A stretch of DNA of 64,000 bases from Candidatus Cloacimonadales bacterium (GTDB lineage Bacteria > Cloacimonadota > Cloacimonadia > Cloacimonadales > JAFGVF01). The stretch lies in the NCBI GenBank assembly GCA_963667035.1, contig OY762964.1, forward strand, positions 1,536,001-1,600,000, read 5' to 3'. The notes beneath the pieces are model-generated. The model worked only from the letters and a program-made list of their open reading frames with translations. It was not told the origin of the DNA and made no database searches. Positions within the stretch are counted from its first letter, which is position 1. Each line of letters begins with the position of its first letter. Positions 1-9,392 of the stretch are shown here, one piece after another. A program made the translations under genes and the position numbers.

Positions 1-876
1 TATAAGCACAAAGAACCAAACATATATAGGTGGTGACCACTCGCTTAACTGCTGGTTCATCTTCTTGAGTACAAGTGGGCTTAAATTCACAAGTACTATT
101 CCAGAACACATATTTAATAGTATTGGAGATAACTCCAAATATTCAGCTATTGCACAGTTTAATAGTATCATTCCTAATGAAAAATACATTATCATTAATC
201 TGTCATAAGTTCTTTTACCTATTATGTATAGCACATAACCTATTGCAGAGCCTATGAGTATAGATAGCCCAACTTCCTTGCCAGCATGTAGTAATGAGCC
301 GGCAATTGTCAGTTCTTTACTTCCAATTACAATTAATGCGACCGGAAGGGTAATTGTAAAGATTAATAATGCAAAAATATCATCTAATCCCAAAACAGCA
401 TACAGGGTGGTAGTCATATCACCGGATGCTTTATATTGCTTTATCACATCTACTGTCCCAGCAGGAGCTGTAGCACAAGCAAAGGATCCATAGATCATTC
501 CCATTGCCGCACTAAGATTCCAAGCTTCTCCTGTCATTCTCAAGACTAGTGTTGTTACAACTCCTACAACTATAAAGGCTGTTGTCGCTTCAAAAATGGT
601 TATCCACACTATCATACTACCGAATTTACGAAGCTTCTTAATCCTTAATTCACCTCCGATACCAAAACCGATAAGAGATAAGGTTACGACATTGATAATA
701 TCAAAACTCTGAAAGTGTTCTGTTTTAATTAACCCTAGAATTGCAGGTCCTATCAAAGCTCCGGCAATTATGTAGCCCAAAAGAAGAGGTGACTTTAAAA
801 GTGATACACCTCTAGCAGTCAAGGCTGATAATAGCAGTGTCACAGCCAGAAAAAGAAATACTTCAGGTAACGGCAT
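1..876 (-). CDS. Cation:proton antiporter (CPA2/Kef-like), 3' end outside window
   Basis: Not in the ORF track. ATG at 876 gives MPLPEVFLFLAV..., then a hydrophobic multi-TM sequence with GYIIAGALIGP, IGFGIGGEL and LACATAPAGT, typical of the Na+/H+ exchanger family. Confidence 0.8.
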   Translation of the reverse strand, partial: MPLPEVFLFLAVTLLLSALTARGVSLLKSPLLLGYIIAGALIGPAILGLIKTEHFQSFDIINVVTLSLIGFGIGGELRIKKLRKFGSMIVWITIFEATTAFIVVGVVTTLVLRMTGEAWNLSAAMGMIYGSFACATAPAGTVDVIKQYKASGDMTTTLYAVLGLDDIFALLIFTITLPVALIVIGSKELTIAGSLLHAGKEVGLSILIGSAIGYVLYIIGKRTYDRLMIMYFSLGMILLNCAIAEYLELSPILLNMCSGIVLVNLSPLVLKKMNQQLSEWSPPIYVWFFVLI

Positions 877-879
877 CAG

Positions 880-1335
880 CTAGTTTTCACTAATTAGATT
901 AAATATTTCTTTTGAGTCTTTAGCTTTCATGAGCTTTTTTCTAAGCTTCTGATCTTTTAACCTGAGTACAAGTCTGGATAATAATCTGATGTATTCTTTA
1001 TCTTGTGTATCTGATGCACCAATCATGAAGATTAAATTAACAGGTTTATCATCAATTGATTCATACTCAATTCCGTCTTTTACTCGTCCAAGAGCAATTG
1101 TAAAATCAGTTACGCCTTTCAACTTTGCGTGTGGTACTGCAATACCGTAACCGATACCGGTACTCATTAGCTTCTCACGTTTGTAAATTGCATTTTCAAA
1201 TGCTTTCTTATCAACTATTTTGGAGCTTTTACTGATAAGCTCAAGCATCTCTTTCAATGCTCCCTCTTTATCGGTAGCTTCAAGGTCAGTAATCATTTCC
1301 ACGGACATATAATCTGATATGATTATTCTTTCCAT
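880..1335 (-). CDS. PTS sugar transporter subunit IIA (Fru/Ntr-type)
   Basis: RE..MSTGIGYGIAVPHAK phospho-His motif and DDKPVNLIFMI. Confidence 0.9.
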   Translation of the reverse strand: MERIIISDYMSVEMITDLEATDKEGALKEMLELISKSSKIVDKKAFENAIYKREKLMSTGIGYGIAVPHAKLKGVTDFTIALGRVKDGIEYESIDDKPVNLIFMIGASDTQDKEYIRLLSRLVLRLKDQKLRKKLMKAKDSKEIFNLISEN

Positions 1336-1557
1336 AGTACGTCTCCTTAGAGTTTTTTTCTATCTTTATTAACAAGAGATAATGTCAATCTATATTTCCA
1401 ACTCAATGATTAGTCTATGAATCTCCGGTTCTCATTAACTCTTATTTAACTTATGGATCGCCCCCGGATCTCTCTTGCGTTGCAAGGATACCCAAGAGTA
1501 AGCCAAGAAAGACCAAAAGGAAGATTATTCATTACAATATTAGTGGATAATAGCAAT

Positions 1558-1585
1558 AAAAAAAGGTCATCACAGGTGATGACCT
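1558..1585 (-). terminator. Rho-independent terminator of tRNA cluster
   Basis: AGGTCATCAC/GTGATGACCT hairpin followed by a T-run on the minus strand. Confidence 0.7.
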
Positions 1586-1593
1586 AAAATTTA

Positions 1594-1669
1594 TGGTGGG
1601 CGCTAAGGGACTTGAACCCCTGACCACCTGCTTGTAAGGCAGGCGCTCTCCCAACTGAGCTAAACGCCC
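1594..1669 (-). tRNA. tRNA-Val(TAC)
   Basis: GGGCGTTTAGCTCAGTTGGGAGAGCGCCTGCCTTACAAGCAGG...GTTCAAGTCCCTTAGCGCCCACCA cloverleaf, anticodon TAC, encoded CCA. Confidence 0.97.
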
Positions 1670-1683
1670 GAATTAATAAAAGA

Positions 1684-1759
1684 TGGTGGGCGCTAAGGGA
1701 CTTGAACCCCTGACCACCTGCTTGTAAGGCAGGCGCTCTCCCAACTGAGCTAAACGCCC
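1684..1759 (-). tRNA. tRNA-Val(TAC), identical second copy
   Basis: Same sequence as 1594-1669, at 90 bp spacing. Confidence 0.97.
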
Positions 1760-1783
1760 ATCTTTTATAAATCACTCTATATC

Positions 1784-1862
<79 letters not shown>

Positions 1863-1954
1863 ACGTGATGTTTAGCCAACATCTACATCAGCGTTATGAT
1901 GTCAAGTAGAAATATTAAATTATTTTGCTTTTATTAACACTCTCTTCCCGCTTA

Positions 1955-3670
1955 TCATAATAAATTACGTGTATACAAAGTTTTATAGTATCCATCCATA
2001 TTCAGAAGATCTTCGTGACTTCCTTGTTCAATCAGTTTACCACTTCTCAGAACATATATCCAATCGGCATTTCTCACAGTAGATAATCTATGGGCAATGA
2101 TTATTGTGGTTCTGTTCACCGACAATTCTTCCATTGATTTTTGAATCAAAGACTCTGATTCTGTATCTAATGAAGATGTTGCTTCATCGAATATGAGTAC
2201 CGGAGGATTCTTTAAAAATGCCCTGGCAATAGAAACTCTTTGTTTTTGTCCACCGGACAACTTTACTCCTCTCTCCCCTACAAGTGTATCAAATCCATCC
2301 GGTAATGTCATGATAAAGTCATAGATGTTAGCTTTCTTGGCACAATCAATGAGTTCATCTTCTGAGGCTTCGGGATTACCATATAATATATTCTCTCTGA
2401 TTGTAGTATCGAATAGGAAAACATTTTGTTGAACAATGCCAATACTCTCGCGAAGGGAACGTATCTTGAACTTAGCTATATCTTTATCGTCGAGTCTAAT
2501 TGTTCCCTCATCAACTTCATAGAATCTTGGGATAAGAGATACAAGAGTCGATTTTCCGGCTCCTGATTCACCAACAACAGCAATTGTCTTTCCTGCTGGC
2601 ATAGTCATAGATATGTCATTTATCACAATATCCTTTGTCCCATCATACTTAAAAGTAACATTCTTAAATTCAATCTTGCCAGCTACATTAGTTGCTTTAA
2701 CAGCATTTGCAACATCTTTGATATCCGGTTCTATATCCATTATTTCAGTGAATCTTTCGAAAGCTGTTGTCCCTTGCTGATATTGCTCAACAAAGTTAAT
2801 AAGTCTTTTAATTGGATCAAGAATGAAGTTTATATAAAGAATAAAACTGATGAGGTCTGCCGCATCAAGTTGATTTCTAAGTATAAGATATGTTCCACCG
2901 CCTACAACTGTACCATAATATACATCCGTGAGGAAATTCATTCCGGTAAAGAATGTAGCCATTAATGTATACATTCTCTCTTTAGCTTTTTTAAACAGTC
3001 TGTTAACTTCTCCAAACTTAGCTATTTCAAGATCTTCTTTGGCAAAAGACTTAACCTCTCTTATTCCAACAACCGAATTCTCAACACTACTATTCATGTC
3101 CGCTATCCTAGCTCTAACATCCCTGAAACCGGCTTTCATTCTACGACCAAGTGTAAAGCCCCAAATGAGTAAGAAAGGTAATGGGATAAGAGAAATCCAA
3201 GCTAAACGAGAATTGAAGTAAAACATGAATATGAAAGAGCCTATAATCATGAAAACTGATATTATCAAGTCTTCCGGACCATGATGAGCGACTTCTGCAA
3301 TCATATTCAAATCGTTTGTAATACGAGACATTATATGACCTGTCTTCGTATTATCATAATAAGTAAAAGAGAGTTTTTGAAGATGTTGGAAAATATGCTT
3401 TCGCATATCTGCTTCCATTCTAACTCCAAGAATATGACCCCATTTTACTCGAATGAAATTGAAGATTGCTCTAAACATCCATACTACTCCCATAATTATG
3501 AAAGCAATTGTAATCATTCTTGTATCTTTTTCAGGGATATAGAACTTGAGAAGATTACGAGTTATCATAGGGAAAAAGATTCCCATAATTGAACTTAAAA
3601 TAGCAGCTGTCATATCCAAAACAAATAAATGGATATGGGGCTTGTAATACGAGATAAACCTTTTTAGCAT
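1955..3670 (-). CDS. ABC exporter, fused permease/ATP-binding (MsbA/MdlB-like)
   Basis: N-terminal TMD, Walker A GESGAGKST, LSGGQ signature, DEATSSLD, IAHRLST. Confidence 0.92.
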   Translation of the reverse strand: MLKRFISYYKPHIHLFVLDMTAAILSSIMGIFFPMITRNLLKFYIPEKDTRMITIAFIIMGVVWMFRAIFNFIRVKWGHILGVRMEADMRKHIFQHLQKLSFTYYDNTKTGHIMSRITNDLNMIAEVAHHGPEDLIISVFMIIGSFIFMFYFNSRLAWISLIPLPFLLIWGFTLGRRMKAGFRDVRARIADMNSSVENSVVGIREVKSFAKEDLEIAKFGEVNRLFKKAKERMYTLMATFFTGMNFLTDVYYGTVVGGGTYLILRNQLDAADLISFILYINFILDPIKRLINFVEQYQQGTTAFERFTEIMDIEPDIKDVANAVKATNVAGKIEFKNVTFKYDGTKDIVINDISMTMPAGKTIAVVGESGAGKSTLVSLIPRFYEVDEGTIRLDDKDIAKFKIRSLRESIGIVQQNVFLFDTTIRENILYGNPEASEDELIDCAKKANIYDFIMTLPDGFDTLVGERGVKLSGGQKQRVSIARAFLKNPPVLIFDEATSSLDTESESLIQKSMEELSVNRTTIIIAHRLSTVRNADWIYVLRSGKLIEQGSHEDLLNMDGYYKTLYTRNLL

Positions 3671-4716
3671 AACTTTTCTATTTCCTCTATTATTGAATTA
3701 ATAATTAATTCAGAAAAGGAAATAGGATAAACCGTTACTTCTGCATTTGCCCCTTTAAAAAGGATTAAATTGAGAGAATCTGTAGCTTTTTTATCAGTCA
3801 TAAGTATTTCCCTTCCTAAATCCTTTATTTTTGATATGATGTTAGGGTCAAGAAATACTGTTAAAGGAATTTTATTTAACTTTGTACGGATACTTTTTTC
3901 TATTCTTTCATCAATCAATTCCAGCTTATAGCTGATACTCAGTGCTATCCTCATACCAATTGCCACTGCCACACCATGCGGTATTTGATAATCACTAACA
4001 ACTTCAAGTAAATGTGCAAATGTGTGACCAAGATTAAGCTTTCTTCGATCTCCCCTATCATATAGGTCATTCTCACAAATTGAAAGTTTAAGAGTTACTG
4101 TCTGTTTAATAAGCTCTTTAGAAAATCCGATCATAAACACATTACTATCAATGACAATTCTATCACTGATAAACGACATTTTAAGAATCTCATATAGCCC
4201 GTTCAAACCTTCCGTTAAAGGGAGAGTATCTAGAAAATCATGACAATATACAACCTTTTCGGCAGGATAGAAAGTTCCAATCAGGTTTTTGCTATTTGAA
4301 TGATTAACTGCTGTTTTCCCTCCTATTCCTGCATCTACCATAGCAATTACAGTTGTAGGAACCAACCATAATCTACAGCCTCTCTTAAAAGTTGATGCAC
4401 AATAAGCAACTAAATCAGTTGTTATACCTCCACCTATTGCACAAATAACAGAGTTACGCTTAACATTATTACTATTAAGAAATCTGTAGATTTTTTGAAC
4501 TGTTTCTAAGCTCTTAGAACTCTCTGACGCTTGATACAAGTAAACAGGATTAATTTCCAAATTTTGAAGTAACTTCGAGTTCTTAGTAGCCACATTCTCA
4601 TCAATAACAAAAACAATCTCCTTCTCAGATAGAAGGAGATTGCTTAAATCTATAATCCGAGATTCTACTATCTCAGTTTTGTATTCTTCAGGATGCAATC
4701 TAAATTCTCTATTCAT
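3664..4716 (-). CDS. aroB: 3-dehydroquinate synthase
   Basis: GGGITTD, PTT..AMVDAGIGGKTAVN, KNLIGTF, LNLGHTFAH, HGVAVAIG. Confidence 0.88.
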   Translation of the reverse strand: MNREFRLHPEEYKTEIVESRIIDLSNLLLSEKEIVFVIDENVATKNSKLLQNLEINPVYLYQASESSKSLETVQKIYRFLNSNNVKRNSVICAIGGGITTDLVAYCASTFKRGCRLWLVPTTVIAMVDAGIGGKTAVNHSNSKNLIGTFYPAEKVVYCHDFLDTLPLTEGLNGLYEILKMSFISDRIVIDSNVFMIGFSKELIKQTVTLKLSICENDLYDRGDRRKLNLGHTFAHLLEVVSDYQIPHGVAVAIGMRIALSISYKLELIDERIEKSIRTKLNKIPLTVFLDPNIISKIKDLGREILMTDKKATDSLNLILFKGANAEVTVYPISFSELIINSIIEEIEKLC

Positions 4717-7265
4717 TATCTAATCAGAGCTATTTTCCCTTTAGCAACATCTCCACTACCGGTAATTACATAAAAATAGATACCGGAACTACATTTGTTT
4801 CCTGCTTTGTTGGTTCCATCCCAAGTAAATCTCTTCTCAACACTAAGATTAAGAGTTACTACTAGATCACCACCGGTGTCATATATCCTACATTCATCAT
4901 ATGAATCAGGAAAAGTATAAACATTACTGTTAGCTAAGTCTTTATTATCACTGTTTACAATCATTAATGGTGTTGTTGTTTCATCAGGATAGTAGGGATT
5001 AGGATAAGCAATTGTTTGAATAAACTCTTTTTGCTCATTCTGAGTCACACCAATAATAAATGAACTCAATCCGTCAGAACTACCGACAAACAATCTTCCG
5101 GAGACAGGATCATAACCAAAATCCGTTACATCATTAGAAATCATCTTTGTATTAGAAACAGAATAGTTAGTAAATCTCTCAGAATAAGGATCAAAGGAAC
5201 TCATACCATGCCCGTTTGACCCAATCCATAATCTTCCAAAAGGATCGAAGAACAATGAAAGTGTTTCGGCTTCATTGGAACCGAACAATCTCTCTTCATC
5301 TTCATAATAGAGATCACTCTGATTATAATACCAAGAATACCCGTTCCATCTTTCCCTTTTTATGTTTGTTCCCCATTTATACCAACCTTTGTCTGTTCCG
5401 TTACTACTTATGTATGTAAACAATCCTGTATTTGTCGCAAACCAAGTTTGTGATCTACCAAATGAATCTATAAATGTTTCCATTGCATTCATAGTGCAAT
5501 TTCTTAACTCAGGAATCTCAGCTATATTCCAATATTGCAAAGAATCTACTTCAGGAGGATTAGTTCCTTCCCAATAGTAAACCTTACCATTATCTTCCAG
5601 AGTTCTATTCACTGCAAAATAATATCTATCTCTTGATTGGATTGAATATGTTACTTTCTGACCATCATTAACATCGATTCTCACATCTCTAATCTTATTA
5701 ATCTTATAGTCATTTGTGGCATTGGGGCTGTAAACAGAAAGACCTACATCATAACAATTTACAATAATGTTATCGTTGCTATCTTTCATTATATACGGTA
5801 TTGTTGAGCCTCCGCATCCATTATTATTATCCAAGAGTACAAAGTCTTCTTCAATAACGTCATAAATGCTCACATTACCCGGCAAGAGTCGATACCAAAC
5901 ATTATCATCTCCTGAATCATCAAGGATACTAATACCTCCAACCCATCCGTACTCATTGTTACTGGATGCAGACCATGCTCCGAACCACTTTCTGTTTTCT
6001 GAATCAACGGCAATAGTATTAATATTATCACTATTAATTTGAGAGTTCTTTACATTGTAAGTTATCCATTTCTCTCCATCAAATGAGCTTACACCTCTTG
6101 TTCCTTTCTTTGTCTTTGAATCTCCCCATGTACCTGCACAAAACCATAATGTGTTATTATTATCTGTGGAAATACTCTTGATTGAATTAAAGCCTATACA
6201 ATCCTCGGCAAGTTGTTCCCATTTTCCTTCATCAAAGATGAGTAATCCTTCTCCCCAAGTTGCTAAGCATAATTTACCTTCAAACTCTTTAATCCTACGA
6301 ATATCTTTAGTTATTAAACCATTTTCTCCAGTCTTGTATGTAAAAAGCACATTTCCTGTACTATTCAATTTACATAAAGCATAATCGGAACTCTCTTGAT
6401 AACTCATTGTATCTTCGTCCCAAATTCCAAGACTTAACCAAATCTGATTCTCTTCATCAATGTATATAGTTGAGACTGGCGGTTGATTCATTTCTTCGAT
6501 TCTCGTAACAACATTGTAATGTTGCTTTGTGGGGAATCCAGATACAATCATAGCTCCCTTATTAGTTCCTATTGCAATATATCCATTTCTTGATGAAATA
6601 CTTGTAACATCATTTGAAGGAAGCAATGAATTTTCGAAAGTCCAGCTATGCCAAGCAGAAGAGTAATCTAAAGAATCTCGATGAACATAATTAACTCCTG
6701 ATGAAGTCCCTAAGACTAAGTAATTATCATCTGTCATAATCATATCCCTGATATTAGAGCTTATCAATTCTTCATCATAAGAGCTCATTAAGAGTGGAAA
6801 TGATAAACCTTCATAGCTGTTATAAATACACAATCCGGCATTCGTAGCTACATAGAAATAGTCGTCTAAAAGTACACTTGTAACTTTGTTTGATAGAAGT
6901 CCTAACTTATCTTGATCAATTAACGTGACCCTATTTGACTCATCTAAAGTATTTATTCCTTCGTTATATGCACTCATCCACACCGATTTAGAGTTATTAT
7001 CGTATGTAACTGTTCTTAAATCGTTTGTTGACAAACCGTCTATGTTGTTGTAAGTTTTCTGATGTATACAGTTGTCTCTCGTAAAAGCACTTTGAATAGT
7101 GTACTCGACCAACCCACCCCAAGTAGCAATGTATAACTTACTATTTTCAACTGTAAAATCATGAATATGAGTTGTATTAGTATATGATCTCCAACTATTG
7201 TTATCTACAGCATAACAAATTGTAAGTATCACTATTATCAGTATTGTTATTGTAGTCTTTTTCAT
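4716..7265 (-). CDS. Secreted beta-propeller protein (PorZ-like / two-component regulator propeller) with FlgD/T9SS-type C-terminal domain
   Basis: Signal peptide, repeated GLxSN / D..grlWig propeller motifs, C-terminal AYPNPY...WDGTN..G.KCSSGIYFY...GKIALIR. Confidence 0.7.
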   Translation of the reverse strand: MKKTTITILIIVILTICYAVDNNSWRSYTNTTHIHDFTVENSKLYIATWGGLVEYTIQSAFTRDNCIHQKTYNNIDGLSTNDLRTVTYDNNSKSVWMSAYNEGINTLDESNRVTLIDQDKLGLLSNKVTSVLLDDYFYVATNAGLCIYNSYEGLSFPLLMSSYDEELISSNIRDMIMTDDNYLVLGTSSGVNYVHRDSLDYSSAWHSWTFENSLLPSNDVTSISSRNGYIAIGTNKGAMIVSGFPTKQHYNVVTRIEEMNQPPVSTIYIDEENQIWLSLGIWDEDTMSYQESSDYALCKLNSTGNVLFTYKTGENGLITKDIRRIKEFEGKLCLATWGEGLLIFDEGKWEQLAEDCIGFNSIKSISTDNNNTLWFCAGTWGDSKTKKGTRGVSSFDGEKWITYNVKNSQINSDNINTIAVDSENRKWFGAWSASSNNEYGWVGGISILDDSGDDNVWYRLLPGNVSIYDVIEEDFVLLDNNNGCGGSTIPYIMKDSNDNIIVNCYDVGLSVYSPNATNDYKINKIRDVRIDVNDGQKVTYSIQSRDRYYFAVNRTLEDNGKVYYWEGTNPPEVDSLQYWNIAEIPELRNCTMNAMETFIDSFGRSQTWFATNTGLFTYISSNGTDKGWYKWGTNIKRERWNGYSWYYNQSDLYYEDEERLFGSNEAETLSLFFDPFGRLWIGSNGHGMSSFDPYSERFTNYSVSNTKMISNDVTDFGYDPVSGRLFVGSSDGLSSFIIGVTQNEQKEFIQTIAYPNPYYPDETTTPLMIVNSDNKDLANSNVYTFPDSYDECRIYDTGGDLVVTLNLSVEKRFTWDGTNKAGNKCSSGIYFYVITGSGDVAKGKIALIR

Positions 7266-8314
7266 TTTTTAGACTCCCTTTTTAAAGTAGAATATAGTAC
7301 TATCATAATTATTAGCAGTAATAGTACTAGAACCGAGAGCAATATTCTCTTCGATGAGAATGAAAAACCTAGTGCTATTAAACCAAACAAAAGAGTAAAC
7401 AAGTATGAGATATAAGAGATGGCTTTATGAGACAATCCATGATTAAGCAATATATGATGGAAATGCTCTTTATCAGCTGAGAAAATGTGTCTTTTTTCTT
7501 TTATTCTTCTAAATACAGCTAAAAAAGTATCTAATAATGGCACTCCCATTACAGTAATGGGTATTATCAGAGTTATTGCTGTTATACCTTTTAATTGTCC
7601 GGTTCCAATCGTAGCAATAGAGGCTAAATTCATTCCAATGAACATGCTTCCGGTATCACCCATGAATATCTTTGCCGGATAGAAATTGTCTTTTAAGAAT
7701 GCAGTGCATCCGGCGATTAATACCATTGATAAATACATGACATAGATATTGTTATACTTCACTCCTACAAGAAATAATATTGTTGATGCTACACTGCCTA
7801 TCCCCGAAGCTAACCCATCAATCCCATCAATTAGATTAATTGAGTTAATTAGTAATAAATACCAGAATACTGTAACGGGAAACGACAGATATCCTAATTG
7901 AATTTCTGCTCCTAATGGATTGGTTAACTCCATTATTCTAAATCCTGTAAAATATAGAAAAACTGCTAATATAGCTTGATATATAAGTTTTGTATAAGCA
8001 TTCACTTTAAATCTGTCATCAATTATTCCAAGAATCATAACCCATAGACCACTTACAGCTAAGGCTCCCACTTGATTCTTGTATTCAAAATCAGGATAAA
8101 CTAAGTAGAAGATAAATTGAGCTAATATAACTGGAATTCCAAAGGCTAAACCACCTCCGCTTGGTATTGGTATCTTATGAACTTTTCTATGTTCAGGCTT
8201 ATCAACTATACCTATTAGTGTTACAAGCTTTCGTGTTATAGGAAGTAAAACGAGTGTTAAAACGAAAACACCTATAAATATGCTTATAAACTTAACAATC
8301 TCTATATAATTCAA
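7262..8314 (-). CDS. Polyprenyl-phosphate GlcNAc-1-phosphate transferase (WecA/TagO, MraY family)
   Basis: RKVH..PIP..GG, GIIDD, NLIDGIDGLA, FMGDTGS, ADKEHFHH. Confidence 0.9.
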   Translation of the reverse strand: MNYIEIVKFISIFIGVFVLTLVLLPITRKLVTLIGIVDKPEHRKVHKIPIPSGGGLAFGIPVILAQFIFYLVYPDFEYKNQVGALAVSGLWVMILGIIDDRFKVNAYTKLIYQAILAVFLYFTGFRIMELTNPLGAEIQLGYLSFPVTVFWYLLLINSINLIDGIDGLASGIGSVASTILFLVGVKYNNIYVMYLSMVLIAGCTAFLKDNFYPAKIFMGDTGSMFIGMNLASIATIGTGQLKGITAITLIIPITVMGVPLLDTFLAVFRRIKEKRHIFSADKEHFHHILLNHGLSHKAISYISYLFTLLFGLIALGFSFSSKRILLSVLVLLLLIIMIVLYSTLKRESKK

Positions 8315-9392
8315 GATAACCTTCTACCATTTTTTCTAAAGAGAAATTCTCTGAAACAAAGTTGTGGGCATTCTGACCCATATTTTTGACTAAATCGGGA
8401 TTTTCTATTAATCTAATTAGTAACTCTGATAAACCTATGTAATCCCTTGGTTTGTATAAATATCCCGTCATATCTTTTACCACAACTTCTCTAACTCCAA
8501 TTATATCAGTACCAATAGTCGGTAACCCGGAGTAAGCGGCTTCTAGAAATGAAAGAGGTAATGCTTCATACAGTGAACTGGAGCAGAAAACATTTGAATC
8601 ATCCAGAACTTCAGAAACATCATCTCTCCATCCCAACAGTTCTACATTATCCTGTAAATTCCATTTCTGTATGTATTGATCACACATATCGGTTAACTCG
8701 CCGTCTCCAACAAATTTTGCCTTGATCCTATACCCTCTTTTTACAACTAGATTAATAGCTTTAAGTATTGTAATTGGATCTTTCTGAAAATCTAATCTTC
8801 CTAAGAAAACCAATGAAATCTCTTTATCATAGTTATCTTTTACTCTTAGTTTATTTATATCAATACCATTATATATGGTAACTAACTTCTTCAAAGTAAA
8901 CCAAAAGGTTTTACGATAGCCCCTATTGACCAAAACAAGCTTATCACAATATCTTGATGCATACATTTCGCAAAGATAATAAACTACTTTCTTCCATAAT
9001 TTTTCATAAGGATGAAATGCAATCCCATGCATAGTGTGAATGATACGTTTGACTCCTACTTTTCTAGCTAATATTCTACCGATAATCCCCATTTTGGAAG
9101 TATGGGTATGCACAATATCAAACTCTTCTCTTTTTAATATATCCTTCACCTGCTTAAAAACTGAGATATCTTTGATATTTACTTCTCGTTTCAAACCTTT
9201 AATCAAATGAACAGTTACACCTAGCTCTTGAGACTTACTAATTAGTGATTCCTCTCTTTGATATGGATCGTCTGAGCAAATCAGATGAACATCAAACTTA
9301 TTTTTATCCAGTTCCTTAAAAATATTATATGTTACCCTCTGGACACCGGACATAATAGGAAGCAATTGTATATGTACTATTTTCGTCTTCAT
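8292..9392 (-). CDS. Glycosyltransferase family 4
   Basis: HTHTSKMG, GRLDFQKD, EALPLSFLEA (EX7E motif). Confidence 0.9.
   Translation of the reverse strand: MKTKIVHIQLLPIMSGVQRVTYNIFKELDKNKFDVHLICSDDPYQREESLISKSQELGVTVHLIKGLKREVNIKDISVFKQVKDILKREEFDIVHTHTSKMGIIGRILARKVGVKRIIHTMHGIAFHPYEKLWKKVVYYLCEMYASRYCDKLVLVNRGYRKTFWFTLKKLVTIYNGIDINKLRVKDNYDKEISLVFLGRLDFQKDPITILKAINLVVKRGYRIKAKFVGDGELTDMCDQYIQKWNLQDNVELLGWRDDVSEVLDDSNVFCSSSLYEALPLSFLEAAYSGLPTIGTDIIGVREVVVKDMTGYLYKPRDYIGLSELLIRLIENPDLVKNMGQNAHNFVSENFSLEKMVEGYLELYRDC

Noticed and set aside
75..493. Short plus-strand ORFs here, and the other short antisense or nested ORFs in the track
   Set aside because: They are shadows of longer, well-supported genes on the opposite strand or in another frame.
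1584..1775. 63-aa ORF with internal repeat
   Set aside because: It is a translation of the two tRNA-Val genes.
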